Below, in pieces: positions 10,920 through 21,011 of a stretch of DNA of 64,000 nt (positions within the stretch are counted from its first letter, which is position 1; each line of letters begins with the position of its first letter). Made by a program: the position numbers and the translations under genes. A model generated the notes under the pieces. That model saw only the letters and a program-made list of their open reading frames with translations, searched no databases and was not told the DNA's origin. Location of the stretch: the NCBI GenBank assembly GCA_963792585.1, contig CAWBWI010000003.1, positions 576,001-640,000 of the forward strand, written 5' to 3'. The DNA comes from Candidatus Eiseniibacteriota bacterium. GTDB lineage: Bacteria > Eisenbacteria > RBG-16-71-46 > CAIMUX01 > VGJL01.

Positions 10920-11080
10920 GTGAAAAAGGTGATTCTGGGACCTCGAAGCCGACACCAGCAGCTCCGGCAAAGAAGCCAGCCCCGCTGCCGCCGCCGGACA
11001 AGAAGCCGCATCTGGTCACGAAGGGCGCCGACAAGACAAGCCCGGCGACCAAGCCTTCCAAGCCGGAGAAGTCCAAGTAG
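10916..11080 (+). CDS. Small Pro/Lys-rich low-complexity peptide
   Basis: TTGA overlap with upstream stop; SKPTPAAPAKKPAPLPPPDKKPHLVTKG. Confidence 0.55.
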   Translation: MSEKGDSGTSKPTPAAPAKKPAPLPPPDKKPHLVTKGADKTSPATKPSKPEKSK

Positions 11081-11320
11081 CGTCCGGTTTCGTCTCTGTC
11101 AGTTGGCCATGGGAGAGAGGGCTCTCTGATCCTGGAGCCGCGATGTTGACGGATCAAGGCGCGCACGACACCGGCTGGCCCGACCGAGCCGGTGCTGCTA
11201 CCAGCTCGATGTCGCTGGCGAAGACGGGGTCGATGCCGTCGGTCGGGGAAACGCCGGCCCGGCTTCCTTCCCAGGGCGGCTTACTCAGGGGTCGAATCCG
11301 GCGGCAGGAGAGAGATGCTC

Positions 11321-12967
11321 TCACATGGGTCGTCGTCTTCTCGGGTAGGTTCTTTCCCTTCCGAAACGATAAGGTTCATCGTCGTCAAGCTGAATCCTCT
11401 CGCTGGCCTGGAAATCGATGATGGAGCCAGGGACATGCAACGCAAGAAAGACGGAGCCATAGCGATTGGCGGTCGGGTCGGTGATGACCTCCCCCAACAC
11501 TGCTCTGCGATCCGGATCCGATGCGTTCATCCTAGTGCTTGTAGTGACTTCGGTGACCCAGATCGCCCTCGGCCAGTGGCAGGCTCGGTAATGATCTTGC
11601 GCCATGGGAGAGAAGCCAGCAAAGTCCTCAGACCGCAGGGCTGAAAGGAATTCCATGGTGTCCACGAGGTAGGTGCGCATTACGAACCGGTTCGCGCTGT
11701 CGAGTCGGCGGCAAGTCTGCCACTCGCGCGCCGCCGCACAAGTAGCCTCATTCGGGTTCGTCAGCGCCGCGGCGATTGCACCATCGATGGGGTTGTCGAC
11801 ATTGGGAGGGCGCAGCAGCGTGCGAACACGCCCTTCAACATCCGCCGCATTCATATAGACGCGATCGGGGAGTGGGACAATTGCGGCTTGGACCGCATGG
11901 AGGTTGCTGCCATCCAAGAAAGCGGCCCCGACCGGGAATGCCGGCGTGTCCGGCGTGACATCGCTTGTATCTCGAACGATGACGCGATACGGCCCGACTG
12001 CGTCGTCGTGAACGACCACCGCCGACGCCCAGTCGGATGTGGCCTGGAGGTCACTCTCGGCCGACTGGCGCTCAGGCGCCAGGATGTACCCGATGCAGCA
12101 GACCGCGTGACCCGGGACGATGAGAATCACCGGAAGTTCTGAATCAAGGTAGGGAACGATCCACCGGAGGACTTCGGTTGGCAGAGCTTCGCGCTCTCGA
12201 TCAAGGAAGATCTCTCCGACTGGTGAGTACCCCATGTGTGAGAGGCCATTTAGCATGTGTTCGTACGTGAGCCCACCGGTCGGGAGAGGGCGTCCTGCCC
12301 ATGCCAGATTCCGGTAGGCTTCGTCGGTAATCTGTGGCGGCAGAAAGAGAGTCTGATCGAAGCGGTGATGGAGGAACCTGGCCGCCGTCCACATCGCCGC
12401 CTCGGCACAGACCATCACCATGGCCTCTTGATGAATGAAGGGGCAGCCCTCCACTAGGATCTCGGTGCCTAGCAGATGGCCGGGAAGGTCCGTTCTGCAG
12501 GTAACTCGCACTTGGTCGTCCGGCCAGTTCGGTACAGGGAGATGGCATCGCCCCACCCGACCGACCTCAAGCGGTCGGAGCACGACAAAGCCATGGTACT
12601 TGACTGGGGCGGCAGGCGACGGGAACAGGAGATCTGTGACTTTCGTGGCAGGGTCTGTGGTCTGAAAGAAGTGAAGCCGACTCGCATTCGGTTGGGTGGG
12701 CGGTAGATGAACACGAGAGTAGATGGCCGAGAATTCTGAGCGAAAGTCACGATCGATGTACCGGGACTCGTATACGACGAGGTTCGCCCCGTGCGAGCGA
12801 GCCACGTCGAACGCGGCGCGCAAGACAGCTGCCTCCCTTGTGTGAGCGATGGAGATGTCTTCGGTTAGGCACTCGCAAAGCGAGTCCCAATCTGCGGGAC
12901 TGGCCATCGGCCAGAGTTCAAACGGCTGATCTGAACTAGTCACGATCTGATCGTACAGAGCGGCCAT
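11321..12967 (-). CDS. Papain-fold (C39-like) cysteine peptidase domain protein
   Basis: YIDRDF N-domain; Q..CAEAAMW (catalytic Cys), GHAVCCIGY (His), VHDD (Asp). Confidence 0.7.
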   Translation of the reverse strand: MAALYDQIVTSSDQPFELWPMASPADWDSLCECLTEDISIAHTREAAVLRAAFDVARSHGANLVVYESRYIDRDFRSEFSAIYSRVHLPPTQPNASRLHFFQTTDPATKVTDLLFPSPAAPVKYHGFVVLRPLEVGRVGRCHLPVPNWPDDQVRVTCRTDLPGHLLGTEILVEGCPFIHQEAMVMVCAEAAMWTAARFLHHRFDQTLFLPPQITDEAYRNLAWAGRPLPTGGLTYEHMLNGLSHMGYSPVGEIFLDREREALPTEVLRWIVPYLDSELPVILIVPGHAVCCIGYILAPERQSAESDLQATSDWASAVVVHDDAVGPYRVIVRDTSDVTPDTPAFPVGAAFLDGSNLHAVQAAIVPLPDRVYMNAADVEGRVRTLLRPPNVDNPIDGAIAAALTNPNEATCAAAREWQTCRRLDSANRFVMRTYLVDTMEFLSALRSEDFAGFSPMAQDHYRACHWPRAIWVTEVTTSTRMNASDPDRRAVLGEVITDPTANRYGSVFLALHVPGSIIDFQASERIQLDDDEPYRFGRERTYPRRRRPM

Positions 12968-12982
12968 TCAAAGAGGATGGGC

Positions 12983-14120
12983 CGTCAAGGTATCCTTCTT
13001 GGAGATCTCACCCAACCAAGGAGGATGGTCCATGACGACCCAAGAGAAGCTTATCAAAGGGAAGCTCAATCTGCTCGATCTAGGAGCCTACCTCGGCAAC
13101 GTCAGCGAAGCCTGCCGGACACTCGGGTACTCCCGGGACACCTTCTATCGCTTGAAGCGACAGTTCGATGAGAATGGACTGGAGGGGCTTCAGGAGATCA
13201 GTCGGCGCAAGCCCAACTTGCGCAATCGCGTAGCTCCAGAGGTCGAGAGTGTTGTCGTCGAGTTGGCCCTGGAGTTCCCAGCCTTCGGACAGGTTCGAAT
13301 GGCCAATGAGCTGCTGAAGAAGAACATCTCCCTGTCGCCGGCAGGAGTTCGAGGCATCTGGCTGAGGAATGGCCTGGAGACCATCGCCAAGAGGCTGAAG
13401 GCTCTCGAGGCAAAGGTGGCGTCGGAGGGTGGGGTACTCACGGAAGCCCAGATCCAGGCGATGGAGCGAGCCCAGCAGGAGAAGGAAGCCCACGGGGAGA
13501 TTGAGACCGAGCATCCTGGATACCTGGGGGCCCAGGACACCTTCTATGTCGGCCACCTGAAGGGAGTCGGGCGGATCTACCAGCAGACCTTTGTGGACAC
13601 ATACAGCCGCCACGCGATCTGCAAGCTGTACACGACGAAGACGGCCTTGACGGCGGCAGACCACCTCAATGACCGAGTGTTGCCATTCTATGAGAACGAG
13701 GGAGTTCCCCTGCTCCGGATCCTCACCGATCGGGGGACCGAGTACTGCGGCCATGTCGAACGTCACGAATACCAGCTCTACCTGGCGCTGAACGACATTG
13801 ACCACAGTCGTACGAAGGCCCAGAGTCCTCAGACGAACGGAATCTGCGAGAGATTCCACAAGACGATCAAGGACGAGTTCTACGCCGTGGCGTTCCGAAA
13901 GAAGATCTATCGCACGCTCGAGGAGATACAGCGGGACCTGGATGACTGGCTCGATGAGTACAACCTGGAGCGTCCACACTCAGGCAAGCGGTGCGACGGG
14001 AGGACACCGGCAGCCACCTTCGCGGCAGCGAAGGAGCTCGTGAAGGAGAAGATGATCAGCGTGTGATCTGACGGACGATCTCCGGAAGGATACCTGTCAG
14101 ATCAGATTGCGACTTCTACA
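12983..14120 (+). mobile_element. IS481-family insertion sequence
   Basis: Transposase; right end ...GACTTCTACA; subterminal inverted repeats at 12988-13007 and 14077-14095. Confidence 0.85.
13032..14066 (+). CDS. IS481-family DDE transposase
   Basis: GNVSEACRTLGYSRDTFYR HTH, QDTFYVG, LTDRGTEY, PQTNGICERFHKT, YNLERPH. Confidence 0.95.
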   Translation: MTTQEKLIKGKLNLLDLGAYLGNVSEACRTLGYSRDTFYRLKRQFDENGLEGLQEISRRKPNLRNRVAPEVESVVVELALEFPAFGQVRMANELLKKNISLSPAGVRGIWLRNGLETIAKRLKALEAKVASEGGVLTEAQIQAMERAQQEKEAHGEIETEHPGYLGAQDTFYVGHLKGVGRIYQQTFVDTYSRHAICKLYTTKTALTAADHLNDRVLPFYENEGVPLLRILTDRGTEYCGHVERHEYQLYLALNDIDHSRTKAQSPQTNGICERFHKTIKDEFYAVAFRKKIYRTLEEIQRDLDDWLDEYNLERPHSGKRCDGRTPAATFAAAKELVKEKMISV

Positions 14121-14154
14121 GCTGATCGGTCATAGGCACGCGGCAGATTCCCAG

Positions 14155-14184
14155 CAGAAAGGGCGCAAGACATCTTGCGCCCTT
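14155..14184 (-). terminator. Intrinsic terminator-like hairpin
   Basis: AAGGGCGCAAGA-N2-TCTTGCGCCCTT perfect inverted repeat followed by a short U-tract on the minus strand. Confidence 0.6.
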
Positions 14185-14192
14185 GGTGAGGC

Positions 14193-14378
14193 TCAGTCCT
14201 TGCCGTTGCTAACAACGATCGTGCGCGCCCTGGCGAGGACCTCGACGCGTCGACGGTCTAAACGCGCCATTTCGTCGCGGTCGTGCTCTGCAAGCCGAAC
14301 CAAGAAGCCCCGAAGACGTCGTTCATCTAGCTTCTCGCGCTTCGGCTTCACTTCAGCGTTGCGGGGTTCATCTGACAT
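14193..14378 (-). CDS. Small charged hypothetical protein upstream of the peptidase
   Basis: GGAGG RBS, ATG at 14378; 61 aa, helical, Arg/Glu-rich. Confidence 0.55.
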   Translation of the reverse strand: MSDEPRNAEVKPKREKLDERRLRGFLVRLAEHDRDEMARLDRRRVEVLARARTIVVSNGKD

Positions 14379-15438
14379 CCTGCAATCCTCCATAACGGCA
14401 GAGGGTATCGACTCTTTGACCATACGGAGCAAAAAACGTACCACAGTACCCAAACTGCTTCAGGCTGCGTTTGGGGAAAAAGAAATATGCCGCGGACATT
14501 CGCCCGCAGGCACTTCATGAATTGCAGTCGCCCCCTCGACGCAACCATTGCCAGCATAATCCACTGGGAAAGATCTAGTTACCGGAACCAATTATAGCGA
14601 ACCCTTTGCCGCCTGTCAATGAGATCCATGCCTCCCCGTCACATGTGTACCTCCTAGTTAGTGCGACTTGCAGCCAGGGAGTAACGGTCCTGGTCGTACG
14701 AAAACCGACACCTGTCAAGTTGCTTGTCATGGGCCGCACCAGTCGCCAGTGGACCCGGACGGATCTCGAGCGGCAACGCTCCCGTCTCGTCGACCTGCTC
14801 CGGCCGGGTCTGACCGATGAAGACGAGTACAACTCGGGCGGGCGAGCCTGACCGCGAGTCTCAACGAACTCAATCGGCAGCTATACCTCGACGGTCCCTC
14901 CCATCCGCTCCATGTCGAATGACTCCTGTCTGCGCCCCTGGGGACCGTCCTCCTTGATCACCTTAACACGCTGGAGCCCTCGGCACGGCGGGCGCCCCTG
15001 ACCCGACTCGGCTCCTTCCAGCTCACGAACCGACGCGTCATGCTCGAGGCGCTTCCCTCGGAGGAGTTGGCACGGTCCATCGTGGCCTTCGTGACCCGTC
15101 TACCAAAGGTCAGGGTTCTATGACCTCACGCCTACTACCTCGCCGGTGGAGCTCTGCGATACTGTGGATGCGTGACCTTCGATATCCAGCTCCGGCAGCG
15201 CGAAATACTCGGTAGTATCTTGAATCCACGTTCTGACGTCGTCCCAGTTAGCGCACCAGGGTCTTGTGTCCTACTCGTAAGACATTCATCAGCGCGAGTA
15301 GTAGAAGAACCGCTCAACAGAGCGGTGTTCAGTTGTGGGTGGAATGTCTGACGGGTCAGACTTCCGGGAGAGTTGTCCCCGACCCTGGAGGGATTTGAAC
15401 TCCCACACCGGCAAGCAAGTCAGGCGGGATCCATAGTG

Positions 15439-18400
15439 CTACTCTGGCAGAAGCCGCATCCTAGACCAGACAACGAGGGTCTGTTCAATTTCGCGACATC
15501 CAAGATAGTCGATTTCGAACTCCCGACGAATCGTAGCAAGAAAAGCATTTCGTACCTGGCGATAGTTCGGCTTAGACGCCAGTACATCAAAGCACGAGAA
15601 GAGTAGGAGTCGACGCCGCTGCTCCAAGAGGTCTCCTGTCCTCCATATCAGCTTAAGGAACTTCGCTAGTACCGGAGCGGCTGATAGTCCCACGGTACTA
15701 GGATCCTTGAGTGACTCCAGGACAGTATTAACATGACGGCCAGGGTTCCATCCATCCAAACGTAGAGCGGATCTGAGAACCGGCGGAGATACCGATACAA
15801 AGAAGTATCCCCATTGAATCAAGCGCACGACGAGATCATCGTATCGATCATGCTCAAGATGCCCGGCATCTCTCAGGCGCAGGGACAAGTCGGCCACCGT
15901 ACAGCTCATGATCCGGTGTTCTTTCAAGCTGTAGCCCCGTAGCCGGGCGTCTTCACTAATGAGTACGGCCTGTTCATGCATCGCAAGGACGATAGTATCT
16001 GCGCTCGCTGGCAGCAATATGCTTGTGAGCCTCTTGTATCGCACACCGTCTGGAATCGCGACACCGGTGACCTCACAATTCTGCCGAATCCAACCTATCG
16101 TGCTAGTCCAAAGCCGTTCGATCCGCTCACGGTCTTCGGCAGTCACATCCTGTCGGAAATATTCATCACCGTGTTTTCCCACTGTCATTGACACTGGTCT
16201 GCGTGCTTCCAGTCGAGCGTGGTTCAAGAGGTCGATCGTTGATTGTGATACCAGCATTCTGACGCCGAGCCTCGGTAGCTCCTCAAGAAGTTGCAGCTCC
16301 TGCAGGGCACAGATACTCGTGGGATCGAGCGCGATGGCCCGCTTCGTGGTCGCTACCTCCCCGGCCGCTACGGTAGCCGCCGGCGCGCCCGGCGACGCGT
16401 AAACGCGTCCGAAGTTCCCACTCACGAGTGCGTACCAGATGGCAATCTCATCATCGTGCGCTATTTGGGCCAACGTCGACATCGGCAGTGGCTGCTCTTG
16501 GTATCCCTTCTTCATCTCGTCAACCCAGCTTGCTCGTCTGTCCATTGCTTGCAGGAAGGGCTGCAAGCCCGCCGCACCGAATCTAAACCGCCGTAGCTCC
16601 ATGTTCTCCGGGAAGCGTGTGTGAAACTTCTCGAAGACACGCCGACAGATAGCAGCATACTTGCTGGAAATGCTCAGCACGCTTACTTCTTGCGCGCCAT
16701 ACTCGTCCTCCCGCAGACGGACTACATCGCCCCCCTTGCGGCCGAGCAGTTTCTGACCAAACGGACCAGTAATCCGCTCTTGATCGTCTGTGAGAGTTTG
16801 CTGATCGGCGCCAACGATCTCAATCTCTCGCTTTGCTCCGTCATCATCAATCAGGACGAATGACCCCTGCACTACTTCCGTAGGTTCTAGCTTCGTGATC
16901 TCTGCCTCGGGTATGGCGAGACACAGGCCTACATAGCGAAGGTGCGCTTCAGCCTCATTAGGATTGCTACGGAGCGAAAGGTACCCCGTCTCGAGCGCCT
17001 CTCGATACTGTCCAAGCTCTACATGGATTCCGGCCACGGCCATTGCCGCCGACACAGGCAGCCTTGATGCCGACTCTGCGTTGGGCACCAGTTCCCGAGC
17101 TGACTCGGTGTCACCCTTCCGGTGTGCGATGATTGCCCGTTGATATGCCCAGTTGGTATTCTTCGGATCAGCCTCCATGAGCTTCCCAAGGATAGCGTCG
17201 GCTTCATCTAGTCGACCAAGACCCGCTAAGAGCTGGGCCTCGGGGCCAGCGCACTCAGCGATGAGTCCTCGTTCTGCGCGGACGCGTTTGGCGAATTCGA
17301 AGAACTTCGGGAGATCATCGGACCGTTCAAGGGCGACAAGGTATTGCCGTAGTAGCGCGGATGGGGACCTCGGCGTGACCAGGTTTCCAAGCGTTTCGGC
17401 GGCCTGCTCCCACCGGTCCGCCGACGAGTACAGGTGGGCGAGGGTTAGGCGGAGTCGCCACGCCAAACTCGGTTCTGCTACCGCGATCGCGTCCTGTAGA
17501 ATGGCGACAGCTTCATCGGTTTTCTGCTGCATGAAGCGCAGGCGCGAGAGGACAATCGCGGTTTCCCAATCATTCGGATCGTGGGGTAGTGACTCCAACA
17601 GATTGGCTGCTTCCTCCCGGTCGCCCTTGTCGAGAAAGCACTCGGCCGCAGCCACGTTCGCGCGCTTGCTACCCAGAATGCGGACGACTTCCGACGTGTG
17701 CAGAAACGTCACCGCGGCATCATGACCTTCTATGCTCTCAAGAAGCTGAACGCGAAGTCGGATGAGGTCCGCGGTTTGTACCGCATGTTCATCTGCGAGA
17801 ATCTGCAGTGCTCGCCTCTCGTCTCCGGTGCTCATGAGCAGCAACACGACACCGGTGATTGCGTTGGCGTCATGGGCGCCATACCGACCAGCCTCCTCGA
17901 ACGCCGGAAGAGCTTCGGTATCCTTCTGGAAGGCAAGCAGGGAGACCTTCGACAGAAGCATCGTTCCGAGTAGAACACGATTCTCCAACTTGCGCGCTGT
18001 TTCTATTGCCTCGGAGAGAAGCCCGGTGCCTCTTGCCAAGTCCTGCGTTGCTTGTGGAGGAAAGGCGCTCCAGGGCGCCAGGCCCTGGTCATTGATGGTG
18101 GCCTGGAAACGTCCGAGGTACGCCTGAGACAATTGGAACGTAATCTCGGCGGAATCCGACGCCTCGTGGGCAGACTCAAGATGAGTGATCGCGTCGTCAA
18201 ACCTATGGGAGTTAAGGTAGAGAATGCCTCGGAGATGGTGACGCGCCATGCTATCTGAAATCCTCGCCGCGAGTTCGATTGCTTCCTCCAATCGATCGAG
18301 CTTGGCGAGAGCCTGGGACTTCGCGATGATCGCTGTCGCATGGTTCGGTTCGTATTGGAGGATCTGGTCCGCCTTCGCGACTGACCGATCCAACTTGTCT

Positions 18401-19221
18401 ACATCAAGCAGAGCTAATGCTGTATTCCCAACAGCATTGAGACGACTTGGCTTCAATCGTTCAGCTGATTCGAAACAGCCCAGCGCGGCCCCGTGTTCGT
18501 TTCGCTGACGCAGGGCCAATCCCCTGGTGGCATGCCATTGATACTGTTCATCGATGGAACGGGCGCTTCCCTGTGACTTCTTGCGTTGCTCCAACCAGCG
18601 CAGAGCCGAATCGATGTTGTTCGCGCGGATCAGGGATTGGACAGTCTCATAATCTCGGAGTACAGATGGTTCAATCTCAGAGTCCGGCGTCGGCGATCCC
18701 ATCTCATTCAATCGCGTCAGGTTTGCGAGCTGTGGTTGAGGGAATTGGGTATTCCTCTCTCGCACTGCTTCCATGATCTCCCGGAGGCGGAGGTCCATGA
18801 ACCGCGTCTGATACACAAGGCCATCAGACGACTTGAGATACTCCTCAAAGAGGACCGTAAAGAACCGCGCCAAGATCCTGTCGGCGAGCTCCGCGGACTC
18901 TTCCGAGGGTCCCGTGTATAGGGCCGCTAGGTCCAACGACCCAATCAGATCGGTAATTTCAGATTGTGAGGGAAGTTCACCCCGCTCAAGGCAAGCTAGT
19001 CGCGCTTGGAACGTTGCGGAGGTGACCCACCTCCGAAGATGATCCGAAACACCCTCTATGTCTTGACCCGCGAACTCTAAGTCAACCTGGACAATGGCCC
19101 GATCTGTTTCTGAGGAAGTCCACCATGTCTTGGCGAGCTTGAGTCCACCCGAGGTTGCAAGCTGTTTGAGTGTAGCCAAGAGGACCGAACCAATGAGGGG
19201 ATTCATATTCGATACCACCAC
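15439..19221 (-). CDS. TPR-repeat + GreA/B C-terminal + PIN domain protein (TPR-GreAB-C-PIN conflict-system type)
   Basis: Many TPR-like helices; GPFGQKLLGRKGGDVV (GreAB-C); IALDPTS...ADTIVLA...LISEDARLR (PIN). Start may be the ATG at 19206. Confidence 0.8.
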   Translation of the reverse strand: MVVSNMNPLIGSVLLATLKQLATSGGLKLAKTWWTSSETDRAIVQVDLEFAGQDIEGVSDHLRRWVTSATFQARLACLERGELPSQSEITDLIGSLDLAALYTGPSEESAELADRILARFFTVLFEEYLKSSDGLVYQTRFMDLRLREIMEAVRERNTQFPQPQLANLTRLNEMGSPTPDSEIEPSVLRDYETVQSLIRANNIDSALRWLEQRKKSQGSARSIDEQYQWHATRGLALRQRNEHGAALGCFESAERLKPSRLNAVGNTALALLDVDKLDRSVAKADQILQYEPNHATAIIAKSQALAKLDRLEEAIELAARISDSMARHHLRGILYLNSHRFDDAITHLESAHEASDSAEITFQLSQAYLGRFQATINDQGLAPWSAFPPQATQDLARGTGLLSEAIETARKLENRVLLGTMLLSKVSLLAFQKDTEALPAFEEAGRYGAHDANAITGVVLLLMSTGDERRALQILADEHAVQTADLIRLRVQLLESIEGHDAAVTFLHTSEVVRILGSKRANVAAAECFLDKGDREEAANLLESLPHDPNDWETAIVLSRLRFMQQKTDEAVAILQDAIAVAEPSLAWRLRLTLAHLYSSADRWEQAAETLGNLVTPRSPSALLRQYLVALERSDDLPKFFEFAKRVRAERGLIAECAGPEAQLLAGLGRLDEADAILGKLMEADPKNTNWAYQRAIIAHRKGDTESARELVPNAESASRLPVSAAMAVAGIHVELGQYREALETGYLSLRSNPNEAEAHLRYVGLCLAIPEAEITKLEPTEVVQGSFVLIDDDGAKREIEIVGADQQTLTDDQERITGPFGQKLLGRKGGDVVRLREDEYGAQEVSVLSISSKYAAICRRVFEKFHTRFPENMELRRFRFGAAGLQPFLQAMDRRASWVDEMKKGYQEQPLPMSTLAQIAHDDEIAIWYALVSGNFGRVYASPGAPAATVAAGEVATTKRAIALDPTSICALQELQLLEELPRLGVRMLVSQSTIDLLNHARLEARRPVSMTVGKHGDEYFRQDVTAEDRERIERLWTSTIGWIRQNCEVTGVAIPDGVRYKRLTSILLPASADTIVLAMHEQAVLISEDARLRGYSLKEHRIMSCTVADLSLRLRDAGHLEHDRYDDLVVRLIQWGYFFVSVSPPVLRSALRLDGWNPGRHVNTVLESLKDPSTVGLSAAPVLAKFLKLIWRTGDLLEQRRRLLLFSCFDVLASKPNYRQVRNAFLATIRREFEIDYLGCREIEQTLVVWSRMRLLPE

Positions 19222-19266
19222 TGCGACAGCGCCCGCTCCCGGGGCTCGCGCACCACAGACGAGTGG

Positions 19267-19563
19267 CTATTCCTCGAGCTGAGGGAAATCCTCATAACCC
19301 GCTAGCATGACATTACCGACGTAGTCGACGTGTTGAACGTGGCCCACTCGGTTTCCGAGCGAAGGAACTGAACCGGATATCTTTGACCGCTCTGACGTAT
19401 TCGTTATCAACCGCCCACCGCGAAGCTCTCCAAGATAGGATCCATTGTGGCCATATACCTCATCACCTCGGAACCGTCCTACGTGTTTGCCGTCATGGGT
19501 CCAGAGGTCGTCTCCGTCGCGATACCCGAATGAGCGTCCTCCCCATGTGTGAAGCCATTCCAT
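19267..19563 (-). CDS. 4-fold beta-flower-like small protein
   Basis: Repeats GRSFGYRD / DGKHVGRF / NGSYLGEL. Confidence 0.7.
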   Translation of the reverse strand: MEWLHTWGGRSFGYRDGDDLWTHDGKHVGRFRGDEVYGHNGSYLGELRGGRLITNTSERSKISGSVPSLGNRVGHVQHVDYVGNVMLAGYEDFPQLEE

Positions 19564-19566
19564 TGT

Positions 19567-19773
19567 CTATTTCTTCCTCCGGTTGTACGGACTCTGGTTC
19601 GGGGGAGCCAGGGATATCCCCTCACTCTGAGCCTTGCTCCGGACACCGCCCTCGGGGCGCCCGAGCCTTACCCCGATGACCCGGGTTGGGGTATTGCCTG
19701 CAGCGAGCTGCTGGAGTTGTTTGACCTCTGCGGGTGTCCAGTGTTGTCCCGCGTTGCGTGTTGACTTAGGCAT
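19567..19773 (-). CDS. Small HTH-like conserved hypothetical protein
   Basis: AAGGAG RBS; WTPAEVKQL..NTPTRVIGVRLGRPEGGVRSKA. Confidence 0.75.
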   Translation of the reverse strand: MPKSTRNAGQHWTPAEVKQLQQLAAGNTPTRVIGVRLGRPEGGVRSKAQSEGISLAPPNQSPYNRRKK

Positions 19774-20423
19774 GTGCAGATTCTCCTTGGTTGGTGGGGA
19801 GCGTCGCGACGACAACCCCCTGAAATTGTAAAATCTTCATGAATGATAAATGGCTTGTTGGACGGTTCAGTCGAGGAGGGTTCGAGGACGATGGCTCCCT
19901 TTCCGGGCCGGAAGTACTTCACGGTCGCCCCCTCCTCCATGAGGACTACAACCTTCTCTCCCGGGTCAGCGGTGGGTTGCTGTCGAACCAAGACGATGTC
20001 ACCGTCCAGCATCCCCGCTCGATTCATCGAGGTGCCATGCACGCGGAGGAGGTAATAGCGGAAAGGTGGACGAGCGAGAGCGCGGGAGACCGGCAGGTAG
20101 TCCTCGATGTTCTCATCAGCCAAGATGGGTGTCCCGGCCGAAACATGGCCAACCAGGGGGATGAGCACGGTGGAGACAGGCTCGGACCCGGAATCTGGTG
20201 GAGGTGGCGCGACAAAGCGGATATTCCGCGCTCCCTTTGCTCGTTTGATGTACCCGGCGATCTCTAGGGCGTCGAGGAACTGGATGATGCTCCGCGTTGA
20301 CTTGAATCCCCCGATCACCTGCATTTCGCGCACGGTAGGGGGGACCCCCTCGCGCTTCTTGTAGTCCAGGAGCACGCGGAGGAAGCTGGCTTGCTGTTCT
20401 GTAATCCGTTTGGGCATAGTCAT
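19766..20423 (-). CDS. lexA: LexA-like S24 repressor with a +1 frameshift near the C-terminus
   Basis: PPTVREM wHTH, VSAG cleavage site, GTSM (Ser), TVK (Lys). Removing one base at 19816-19825 restores GVVVATL and a stop at 19766; the unrepaired ORF ends at 19668. Confidence 0.85.
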
Positions 20424-20457
20424 TTATTCCGAAATGCCAATATACTCAAGCGCTTTC

Positions 20458-20486
20458 AGACTAGCGCGAGAGGAGATTTCAGTCAA
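20458..20486 (-). promoter_or_regulatory. sigma70 promoter of the lexA operon (TTGACT-17-TAGTCT)
   Basis: Read directly on the minus strand, 17-bp spacer. Confidence 0.65.
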
Positions 20487-20636
20487 GAGGATTGCCTGCC
20501 CGACGGTGGACTGAGGCAGTAGACTGGACGAACCAAACTTCACCCTAGCTTCTGCGATGGTTCCGAACTGCTATCCCGTGGTGCGATCGCCACCGAGTGG
20601 GGACGATGTGGATGTTTTTGAGCTTCTAACCCATTC

Positions 20637-20927
20637 ATGATGAACCATCTATCTAGTAGCCTCGACAACCTTCCCGCGACCCCCGAGCTCTCCGATGACG
20701 ACGTGGCCGAATTCCAACAACTCATGAAGGACGAAGCCGGCGTTGACCTGACGCCGGGCGAAGCCCGACTCCGAGCCCAGGACCTGATCCGTCTGATGGC
20801 CGTGATCGCACGGCCGTCGAAGCCAGCGACAGAGGAACCTGCCCCGGTCGCCTTGAAACATCTGGAGCACTGGGACCACCTGCTCGGCAGGCTCCAGACC
20901 CTCTCGCAAGCCTTGCTTCAGATTTGA
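20637..20927 (+). CDS. Small hypothetical protein, paralogue of 23056-23304
   Basis: DVAEFQQLMKDEAGVDLTPGEARLRAQDLIRLM. Confidence 0.65.
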   Translation: MMNHLSSSLDNLPATPELSDDDVAEFQQLMKDEAGVDLTPGEARLRAQDLIRLMAVIARPSKPATEEPAPVALKHLEHWDHLLGRLQTLSQALLQI

Positions 20928-21011
20928 CCCCACTCGAACGATTGGGTCTGGCCGCTCCGAGAAGCGCGAGCCCTCCTCACGGACGTCTTCTCGCTCCGGA
21001 TTCTTGAAGCC

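Noticed and set aside
14729..15125. Possible degraded gene (MGRTSRQW... continuing in a shifted frame)
   Set aside because: Broken by a frameshift and a stop, and no family recognised
20424..20636. SOS box upstream of lexA
   Set aside because: No clean CTGT-N8-ACAG or GAAC-N4-GTTC dyad found by eye
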